From an uncultured Oscillospiraceae bacterium (lineage in GTDB: Bacteria > Bacillota > Clostridia > Peptostreptococcales > Anaerovoracaceae): 64,000 nucleotides of DNA. The stretch lies in NCBI GenBank assembly GCA_964485605.1, contig CAZALQ010000001.1, positions 604 through 64,603 on the forward strand, written 5' to 3'. Under the pieces are notes generated by a model that did no database searches, was not told the DNA's origin, and saw nothing but the letters and a program-made list of their open reading frames with translations. The translations under genes and the position numbers were made by a program. Position 1 is the stretch's first letter, and each line of letters opens with the position of its first letter. Shown piece by piece: positions 35,597-43,375 of this stretch.

Positions 35597-35747
35597 TTGA
35601 CATACATTCATTTCGTGATATACTCAAGATACAGTTAATTGTTTTACATTCCGTTTGCATGTGCAGGACGGATATCATCTGTTAAAAATTTTGTTAATCG
35701 TAACACACTAAAGAAAGGTGCGAGCCTTTCTTCCAGTGTGTTTTTTT
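35597..35747 (+). promoter_or_regulatory. Module C: promoter TTGACA-16-TATACT (TG-extended), conserved structured leader, intrinsic terminator
   Basis: -35 at 35597-35602 and -10 at 35619-35624. P1 is CCGT..GCA-tg-TGC..ACGG at 35651-35671. The block GGATATCATCTGTTAAAAATTTTGTTAATCGTA lies at 35670-35703. The terminator at 35703-35747 has perfect stems. Confidence 0.65.
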
Positions 35748-35780
35748 ATTGTCTATTCGAAAACAGGAGGATTAATCGTT

Positions 35781-36800
35781 ATGACAGACAAGAAAAAACA
35801 GATTCGCTATGGCGAAAACTATGATGTGTTTTCACATCTCAGCAATGCTCAAAAAGAGGATGGGAAGCCAGCCTATGAAGTGTACCAAGTAGACGGTGTA
35901 CTTCAGACTTATGACTCGCCAGATGGAAAAGGAAGATTCCTTTATGTTCCAGTCTATACCATTGACGGCAACACTATGAAGGACTGGTTCCACACTGTGT
36001 TTAAAGATGGCCGTGTCGAGACCATAAGGCATACTGCTCCGGCTGTTTATGATCAAGATCGTAAGATATGGGTTGAACCGCCAGAGGTTGTAGAGGTAAG
36101 ACTTTATAAGAACATGGATGATGAACACTATCTTGCAAACGGTTTTGCTAAAGTGCAAATCGTCGAAGGAAGTAAATATCCAGAACTACCCTCGGCAGCA
36201 ACAATGGCATTTAAAAATGCTATGTCAAATGCAGGTTTTGGTGTCGATATAGACTGGGAGACAGTTTACAAGAATGCTCCGAAGTTCTTCCATGTAACCG
36301 AGTCTGACGAACCTGCTCTATATGTTCCGGTAAATACTACATCGCCAGGGACTAAAGCAGTTGAGTTTGATGAGAGTGCACACGAAATACCAATGGCGAG
36401 GACAGAAGAAAAGACAGTAAAGGAAAGTGTTTTAGAGGGGCAGACCTCTCTTGATCTTTCAGATCCCCTTCTTGCAGCATTGTCTTCTTCAGGGAAAGAG
36501 CATTCGATTTCGGAAGAAGAACTTGCAGGAACAAAAGGACCTACTGCGGCTTCTGAGACAGAAGAGAAAGCTGAGGTGCTTGGCACAAAAATGACGAAGG
36601 AAGATGCTCTTGATACAGTCTTCTTTGCAGTCAATAAACAGAACATGCTCATCTACAATAACAAAACATTCAGAGAAAATCTGGAGCAGTATCCTGAAGA
36701 TTTTAGGAGTCTTATTGAAATGATAGCTTTGAAGCAGGATATCTACAAAAGGTGGATCGCAAATGATGTTCTAGAGGCGGCTGAGGCACTGACAGCGTAG
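35781..36800 (+). CDS. Candidate Rad52/Sak-like single-strand annealing protein with acidic C-terminal tail
   Basis: The ATG at 35781 follows aggagg. AATMAFKNAMSNAGFGVDI resembles the Rad52-family A..A.KRA...FG.G motif. Assignment is tentative. Confidence 0.35.
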   Translation: MTDKKKQIRYGENYDVFSHLSNAQKEDGKPAYEVYQVDGVLQTYDSPDGKGRFLYVPVYTIDGNTMKDWFHTVFKDGRVETIRHTAPAVYDQDRKIWVEPPEVVEVRLYKNMDDEHYLANGFAKVQIVEGSKYPELPSAATMAFKNAMSNAGFGVDIDWETVYKNAPKFFHVTESDEPALYVPVNTTSPGTKAVEFDESAHEIPMARTEEKTVKESVLEGQTSLDLSDPLLAALSSSGKEHSISEEELAGTKGPTAASETEEKAEVLGTKMTKEDALDTVFFAVNKQNMLIYNNKTFRENLEQYPEDFRSLIEMIALKQDIYKRWIANDVLEAAEALTA

Positions 36801-36828
36801 TATTACGGAGTATAGGAGGCTCCAATCA

Positions 36829-37899
36829 ATGGCAAGTGAAGTAACTTTAGAACTCGTATTCGACTTGCTACACATAACAGAAGGTGATGTCAGAAGAAAT
36901 CAGACTGATATCACCTGCCCTGTTTGTGGCAATGGGAGATCAAAAAAATTGAATGTGAACTTTGAGAAAGGCGTATTCCATTGCAATAAGTGCGGAGTTG
37001 GTGGTGGTGCACTTGCTTTTTGGGGTCTCATGAGGGGACTAAACACAACTGATGGAAAGGAAATAGCCAAAGACTATTATGCTTTTATCGGTGAGAGTCC
37101 AGAAAGGAGAGAGGTAACTCTAAAACCTCGTCCTAAGAGGGAACCCCAAAAAAACAACCTTGCTCCGATCTCTACACGAGATACCACATATAAAAATCTT
37201 TTGTCACTTCTATGTCTTTCAGAAGAGCACAAAAAGGACCTTTTAAGAAGAGGTTTTAGCGAGGATGAAATCAAACGATCTGACTACCGTTCTTATCCTC
37301 AGACAGGCCTTGAAGACATCTGCAGGAGACTTCTTGCTAAGGGCTGTATCCTCACAGGTGTGCCAGGATTCTTTATTAACGAAAAGGGTAACTGGTCACT
37401 AAGAAAACTTGGTGATGGTTACTTGATTCCTCAAAAGAATACGAAAGGGCAGATCCAAGGATTCCAGGTAAGGAGGTCATCAGGAAACATCCGTTATCTG
37501 ACTTTATCTACAGATGGATATAAGCAGGGTGCACAAGGCAAAGCGTATATGCATTTCGTAAAGGGAAGCAGGGGAGGAAACTCCTTTGTCATCACTGAAG
37601 GGCCCCTGAAAGCAGACCTGATAAATAAGTTTACAGGTTTCTCAGTCTTGGCTCTGCAGGGAGTCAATGCGGTATCATCCTTTCCTGCAGCCATAACATC
37701 TCTTAAGAATCAAGGGTATGAGATGGCCTATGTAGCATTTGATATGGATCTTACAACAAACGAGACCGTTCAAAAGGCATTAGGCAGGATGGAAGAGCTG
37801 CTTGATGAACAAAGCGTTCCGTATAAAACAATGTTCTGGAATACGGAATACAAAGGTCTGGATGACTGGCTTCTAGCAAAGACAAAGCACGTCATCTAG
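36829..37899 (+). CDS. DNA primase: CHC2-like zinc finger + Toprim domain
   Basis: CPVCGNGRSKKLNVNFEKGVFHCNKCGVGG, followed by FVITEGPLKAD and VAFDMD. Confidence 0.7.
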   Translation: MASEVTLELVFDLLHITEGDVRRNQTDITCPVCGNGRSKKLNVNFEKGVFHCNKCGVGGGALAFWGLMRGLNTTDGKEIAKDYYAFIGESPERREVTLKPRPKREPQKNNLAPISTRDTTYKNLLSLLCLSEEHKKDLLRRGFSEDEIKRSDYRSYPQTGLEDICRRLLAKGCILTGVPGFFINEKGNWSLRKLGDGYLIPQKNTKGQIQGFQVRRSSGNIRYLTLSTDGYKQGAQGKAYMHFVKGSRGGNSFVITEGPLKADLINKFTGFSVLALQGVNAVSSFPAAITSLKNQGYEMAYVAFDMDLTTNETVQKALGRMEELLDEQSVPYKTMFWNTEYKGLDDWLLAKTKHVI

Positions 37900-38046
37900 A
37901 AAGAGGTAACAACTCAATATCGATTTCCCTTCCGGGAAAGAAACGGCAGATATGCCTAATCTGCTAAATCTTATACCGGAGGGGATGGGCTCCCTCCGGC
38001 GTGAAGCCAGGAACGAAAACCGGCGTAGCTCAAGGAGGAGCACCAA

Positions 38047-38478
38047 ATGGAAAATATCATTTTTATCACCGAGACATGGGTCAACGACAGCCGCAAAAGA
38101 AGAACGTATAATCAGAATAACCTTTATAAGGAGATGTCAAAGAACAAGTTTGGAGACATTCTTATAGAGTTTGAAGATCTGACTTTTTCCGGTCGTGGAG
38201 CGATCGACATCAAAGCTCTCATTAGATGGAGAGGATTCAGTCTTCTCAACATGATGAATGCACTGGTTGCCGTAGAAGAAAACAAACATGTCGCAAAAAG
38301 ATATAAACTTGGAGAGGGATCAACACTTATGGATCTTTATAATAATGTGCCGATGTTCTCAACGATCCATGCTGTATCGAAGGTAAGATTTAAAGACGAA
38401 ATAACCGTAATCGAATTCGAGCTGATAAAAGACGGAACAAAATCTATCTATATCAACAAAATGTTTAATGTCATCTAA
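38047..38478 (+). CDS. Hypothetical 143-aa protein
   Basis: Strong RBS aaggagg. Last gene of operon C. Confidence 0.55.
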   Translation: MENIIFITETWVNDSRKRRTYNQNNLYKEMSKNKFGDILIEFEDLTFSGRGAIDIKALIRWRGFSLLNMMNALVAVEENKHVAKRYKLGEGSTLMDLYNNVPMFSTIHAVSKVRFKDEITVIEFELIKDGTKSIYINKMFNVI

Positions 38479-38495
38479 CGATTATTCCAAAGGAA

Positions 38496-38534
38496 AAACC
38501 CGAGATATCCCTGCGCAAGGATCTCGGGTTTTTC
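38496..38534. terminator. Bidirectional intrinsic terminator
   Basis: aaacccgagat...atctcgggttt forms an 11-bp stem with A/T tracts on both sides. Confidence 0.8.
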
Positions 38535-38536
38535 TA

Positions 38537-38875
38537 TTAAAGCGTGTCAATCGCTAGACCAATACTTTTGATGTTCGAATTAATGCCACTTTTAAAAAAC
38601 TCAATAGGTACTGAATCTGTCCCGTGCTTGTAATTGTACGTAAATACAAGCCGGTCATCATATACATAGATCGAGTTTAAAAATGTATCTATAACTTCTT
38701 TTTGGTATTTCTTGTCGTCAATGTCTCCGTACTTAAAACGATTGATCCATGATATCAGTTGTTCTTTTGTGTATATAGGACGTTCGATCATAGACTTATT
38801 AATTGATGCTCTGATGCGTTTTCGCTCATTTCCCAGAGAAAGAGGAAATGGAATGTGAGACATATCGCCGCACAT
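38537..38875 (-). pseudogene. C-terminal remnant of a large serine recombinase
   Basis: DKKYQKEVIDTFLNSIYVYDDRLVFTYNYK matches the typical C-terminal tail of clostridial serine recombinases. The catalytic N-terminal domain is absent. Confidence 0.45.
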
Positions 38876-38902
38876 TCCTTTTTTTGGAAATTGCCGAGTA
38901 GT

Positions 38903-40369
38903 TTACTCTCCCGCCTCCTTGTCAATCAGCATTTCCAATGAAAGCAGGATATCTATTCTTCTTTTTGGATCAATGAAACACTCTTCAGGAACAATGTCAT
39001 ATATCTTATCAAGGCGATACTTCAAGGTGCTCTTATGAATGTTTAAGGCTTCCGCAGTTCGACTGTAACTACGGTCGCACAACAAATATATGAAAATTGT
39101 AGATGTTAAGATGCCTGTACGGTCTTTCTTTTTAAGCAGGCGAATCTCGTCTGCCAGATATTCTTTAGCAGGAAGATGCTCTGAAAAAACTAATTCCATG
39201 TGTTTCGATAAGTTTCCGCGGTAATAGGATATTTGTTTGTCGGATACTTCTATCGCTACTGATGCCTGTCGATAATACTCTGGCAGTTTAGTGAAGTCTG
39301 TAAACTCCAGAGAACATCCCACTCGCAGTTTTTCTCCATAAACAAAACGACAAAATGCATCAAAGCGATACTTGTCCATACCTGAAAGAACCTCATGATA
39401 TAAAATGACAATGACACTGTTTTCATGTGCGACAGTATAACTATATCTGAATAGAGTGTTGATTATGTAGATGATATGAGGATGGTCTTCGGCAATATCC
39501 GCCTGAATTGCGGAACTGAATAACAGCACCTGAAAAAGTTCACTTTTTTGATCGGATATCATTTTTTTGTAGTGATTCAGGACTGTCGGATCATTTTTGC
39601 TTCCGACAATATACTCGATCGGCAATCTGTTAGGCATAGTTTCCCGCAGTATTTTCTCCTGAAGAACTTTACTGATATAAGATGCAAGCATCTCCGCAAG
39701 AAACAGATAACTATCGTTGATCTTTTTTTCTCTTATATGAATATGCAGATAACCGAAAATTTTCTCTTTAATAAAAATCGGTGCAACCATGATATCGCAA
39801 TAAGGACTGGGTACGATCATGGGCTTATCTATTTTTTTGCCATTGTCTAGCTTATGAAAGTCTTTACTCGCTTCCAGATCTTTCGGAGAGAGATATTTTT
39901 CATCAGAGACCTTTACCCAATAGAAATCCAGTAGTTCTTTCTCGTGACTTCCCGAACCTATCAGGCGCAAGGAATTATCATATACTGTGATCGAGTTTTC
40001 GAATAAACCCAAGCTTGCGTTGATCAGGCTGTTGATATCACCATTATCCATGAAAGCCTGCATCAGTTCCTTCTCCCAGTTGAGAAGTTTTGTGAACGTG
40101 TGATGAATAACATCCAGCACCTCAAGCAAAGTGCCGTTCGTTACCAGAATACCATTCTTGACACGAACTGCCTGATCAAAGACTATTACCGGATGTTCCG
40201 TAACTGTCTTTTTTTCTGGACAGATATATAAAACACTATCATTCAAAAAACTATCACTTTGAGAAGCAATTCGGTAATCAGAAACGGAAAGATCCTTATT
40301 ACCGACAAGTGTACATGTCAGTCCCTGTTCTCTGATTGCGTTTGAAATATAATTGAGAGTAATATTCAT
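38903..40369 (-). CDS. PucR/CdaR-family transcriptional regulator
   Basis: The C-terminal HTH RTAEALNIHKSTLKYRLDKI and the 488-aa length are typical. RBS gagggagg. Confidence 0.75.
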   Translation of the reverse strand: MNITLNYISNAIREQGLTCTLVGNKDLSVSDYRIASQSDSFLNDSVLYICPEKKTVTEHPVIVFDQAVRVKNGILVTNGTLLEVLDVIHHTFTKLLNWEKELMQAFMDNGDINSLINASLGLFENSITVYDNSLRLIGSGSHEKELLDFYWVKVSDEKYLSPKDLEASKDFHKLDNGKKIDKPMIVPSPYCDIMVAPIFIKEKIFGYLHIHIREKKINDSYLFLAEMLASYISKVLQEKILRETMPNRLPIEYIVGSKNDPTVLNHYKKMISDQKSELFQVLLFSSAIQADIAEDHPHIIYIINTLFRYSYTVAHENSVIVILYHEVLSGMDKYRFDAFCRFVYGEKLRVGCSLEFTDFTKLPEYYRQASVAIEVSDKQISYYRGNLSKHMELVFSEHLPAKEYLADEIRLLKKKDRTGILTSTIFIYLLCDRSYSRTAEALNIHKSTLKYRLDKIYDIVPEECFIDPKRRIDILLSLEMLIDKEAGE

Positions 40370-40589
40370 GAGACCTCCCTCAAATACAGCCTCTAAGGCA
40401 CTTTTTCAGCACTTTGATAGAATAAACAGCAAGTTGAACAAGTGTTGTATAGTATTAAATTGAACTGTGAGTTCAATAATTCGCTTTCATTTTCGCATAT
40501 TCAGATTGAGGAATGCAAGAAATTCCAGCTTTAAAATATGTATAGTAATAACTTTTCTTTTCATTTCATACAAGTAAGGAGGGTTTAAT

Positions 40590-41468
40590 ATGATCGATGA
40601 AAAAAAGGATGTTACGCTGGAAGATCTCGGATGGGATAGAGTTCCTCTCTGGATGGAAGGCAAGCCGTTAACCGAACTTATCAGTCTAAAAGGCCGAACA
40701 GCATTGGTTACCGGTGCTGGAGGCATTGGTTTGGGCAGAGATATCGCAAATGCTTTGGCAGGCTTAGGCGCTGAAGTTGTTCTTGTCGATATCTTGGAAA
40801 GCGTTCATGAGACAGCTGAGCAGGTTGCGAAGAAATGGAATGTTAAAACTCATAGTCTTGTCTGCGATCTGACGGATTTTGATGCAGTGGGTGAAATGTT
40901 TGAAAAAGCTTATGAGATGATCGGAGGGAAACTGGATATTCTGATTAATAATGCTAATTTTAACAGGGCTGCTCAGGTACAGAACTATACGGCAGAGGAT
41001 ATCAGGATCAGTACTGAAGGGCCATATCTCACCCAGGTAAACTGCTGTGTTCATGTCAGCAAACATATGATCGCGAACCGTTCCGGAAAGATCATCAATA
41101 TCGGCACCGAAGCTTCCCGTAAGACAAGCAATCCCGGTCTTTTACTGTATGCTGCAGCTAAGGGCGGCGTACTCAGCTTAACCAGATCTTTAGCTGCTGA
41201 ACTGGCACCATATGGTATCCAGGTTAATGGCGTTGCTCCAGGGGTAATGATGCATGAAAGACTGCGCGGTTATTTTGCTATGGAGAACCCGCCAGAGCAA
41301 TTGATTCTTGCGAAAAAGTCAATTGCGGAGTCTGCAGGTGAAACAATGGTAAAGAGAGTATCTATCCCCTGGGAGGTGGCTAATACTGTTGCTTTCTTAT
41401 GCACGGATGCATGTTCTTACATCTATGGACAGATGATTATGAACGGCGGTGGAATCACTGCTCCATGA
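40590..41468 (+). CDS. Short-chain dehydrogenase/reductase (SDR)
   Basis: TGAGGIGLG cofactor-binding motif, NNAN, and YAAAKGG (YxxxK). Confidence 0.85.
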   Translation: MIDEKKDVTLEDLGWDRVPLWMEGKPLTELISLKGRTALVTGAGGIGLGRDIANALAGLGAEVVLVDILESVHETAEQVAKKWNVKTHSLVCDLTDFDAVGEMFEKAYEMIGGKLDILINNANFNRAAQVQNYTAEDIRISTEGPYLTQVNCCVHVSKHMIANRSGKIINIGTEASRKTSNPGLLLYAAAKGGVLSLTRSLAAELAPYGIQVNGVAPGVMMHERLRGYFAMENPPEQLILAKKSIAESAGETMVKRVSIPWEVANTVAFLCTDACSYIYGQMIMNGGGITAP

Positions 41469-41677
41469 TTTAAGCATCAGAAAAAAGGTTCCGGATAATT
41501 TTCAGGATCTTACGCAAAGTAAGTGAAATGAGTCTGAATGAGGGGGACATTCGAAAGAGTGTCTCCTTTTTTCTAATCACAGTAAACAAGGGCTAAATTA
41601 TTCTGTATAGCCATATTTTTAGCTTTATAATTAATAGGGCTATGGTATAATTATATTAGCTATATCAGGAGGCACTT

Positions 41678-42207
41678 ATGTCTATTTCCAAATCTTACAA
41701 TAAGCAGAATGGTGTTACTTACGTCTATGAGGTTATTGAGAATTACTGGGACAAAGAAAAGAAACAGTCACGCAGTAAAAGAAAACTGATCGGTAAGATC
41801 GATCCGGCAACCGGCGAAATCATCCCCACCTCTCCCAGAGGGAGATCTAAGAAATCTGAAGATACTTCGGATTATAAGTCCTTGTATGAAAAGGCACAGA
41901 AGGAACTGGCCGGCAAAGACAAAAGAATTGCTGAACTTGAAGAAACGCTCAGAGATTATCTGAAAGCCGAGATAAAGACGCTGGATGAAATGGAGTCTTC
42001 ACTGAAACAGCGCCGCATAAAGGTTGAATCACTGCTTCATAATAAGCTTGGGTGAACATCATGGCTGAAATGACCCTTCCCAAAAGGGACATGGAATCCG
42101 TTTCTGCCGGTATTGAAATAGAAGATATTACTGAATTGATGTTCGGAACTGTTCTTGAACGATGTCGTGGAGAATCCTATTTAGAAATGAGACACAGGAT
42201 AAATAAA
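41678..42207 (+). pseudogene. Possible truncated IS transposase N-terminal fragment (two short frames)
   Basis: KQNGVTYVYEVIENYWDKEKKQSRSKRKLIGKIDPATGEIIP resembles IS1634/IS4-like N-termini. There is no DDE domain. A second 48-aa frame runs 42061-42207. Confidence 0.3.
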
Positions 42208-42607
42208 TGAGATTATTACAATATGTGATTAAGATGGCCATTTTTTGACGCGCAGAACCATTATTGGAAAAACCCAGCGAGACACTGAAAAAGACTGCAG
42301 GGAAATTGGAGATTAATCCAGAAAAGATAAAAGACCCAAAAAAAAGGGAAAGAGCAATTAAATATAAAAAAAGGAAAAATAGCTTTTGGGGCAAAGTGTT
42401 TAGCAAAAGATGGTCTCCTGAAAAGAGACTATTTATCTTTATTTCAATCATGGTGATTATTATACTCACTATTATTTTTGGGAGATAAATGTATGTGATC
42501 AAAAAGAATAGTTTTTTATAGTTGTCTGATTGTATCAACAAAAAAAACAAATCCGAATACCGTCCTTGTGACGAAGAAATTCGAACTTGTTTCACTTGGT
42601 AGAGGAG

Positions 42608-43171
42608 CTACATTTTTATAAACAATTTGATTTTTGTATCTAAATCGGTAAGTTCATCTAAAAGGTTCCTAAAGAATACAACCTGATCATATTCACTTTT
42701 TTCATAAGTGACACTGAGGTCCAAATGACTCTTGAGATCTTCTAGTGTTTCGTCCATATACAGACTGCCCTTGCTCATTCTAACCTTTTCTCTTGCATCT
42801 CGTGATACACTCTGCTGATAATCAAGGTAGTCAAATGATATTGTGACTGTTCCCCTGTCTAGTGAAAGAGTCACTGCATTTAACGGAAGATCATAGAGAG
42901 TATAGTCTCCGGTCTCGTCGCTTGAAAAATCGATGGTATAAATCTTAATCCTGTCACCTTCAAAGGACACTTTGATGGATGCAAAACCATCCTTTCCGTA
43001 AAAGCATTTTGAACTCACTTCTGACATTTCCTTTTCTGTTAGAAGGAAGTAACTCCGATCTCGTTTCGTTATGAGAACGCCGCCGTGTTCATTTGCCGTG
43101 TTAAGAACGGTACCGAAATTTCTGTTAGCTTCTGTTGCAGTTATAATTTTGTATTTGTTTAGCATAGTCAT
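42608..43171 (-). CDS. Phd/YefM-like N-terminal domain fused to an unknown about 130-aa domain
   Basis: ITATEANRNFGTVLNTANEHGGVLITKRDRSYFLLTEKE matches the Phd/YefM antitoxin fold pattern. Confidence 0.5.
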   Translation of the reverse strand: MTMLNKYKIITATEANRNFGTVLNTANEHGGVLITKRDRSYFLLTEKEMSEVSSKCFYGKDGFASIKVSFEGDRIKIYTIDFSSDETGDYTLYDLPLNAVTLSLDRGTVTISFDYLDYQQSVSRDAREKVRMSKGSLYMDETLEDLKSHLDLSVTYEKSEYDQVVFFRNLLDELTDLDTKIKLFIKM

Positions 43172-43311
43172 CTCCCTTTTGTGAGTATAATATAACCTAT
43201 AATGTGAATTAAGTCAAGATAAATACGTATAAAAATATGAATAGTACGTATTAAATATTGCGTAAGGTGTAAATAGTCTTACATTTTGCCCACAACGATA
43301 AATGCATTATG

Positions 43312-43352
43312 TTGACCTTTTTTTGAAATGTAAATATAATGTTTATTTAGAT
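43312..43352 (+). promoter_or_regulatory. Promoter TTGACC-17-TATAAT with TATTTAGAT half-operator just downstream
   Basis: Hexamers at 43312-43317 and 43335-43340. Half-site at 43344-43352. Confidence 0.5.
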
Positions 43353-43375
43353 GACATGATATTGAGGAGTCCAAA

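Noticed and set aside
35639-35824. 61-aa ORF across leader module C
   Set aside because: It spans the conserved leader block and the intrinsic terminator, has no RBS, and the equivalent frames are not conserved in modules A and B.
38023-38044. tRNA-like string GCGTAGCTCAAGGAGGAGCACC (resembles a D-arm)
   Set aside because: No acceptor stem, anticodon arm or T-arm (GGTTCGAATCC-like) follows. The string overlaps the RBS and start of the 143-aa gene, so it is probably coincidental.
42128-42595. 155-aa minus-strand ORF and overlapping 74-aa plus-strand ORF (42264-42488) in an AT-rich stretch
   Set aside because: The two are mutually exclusive. Both have alternative or weak starts and low-complexity hydrophobic or Lys-rich translations. 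I cannot decide which, if either, is real, so neither is called.
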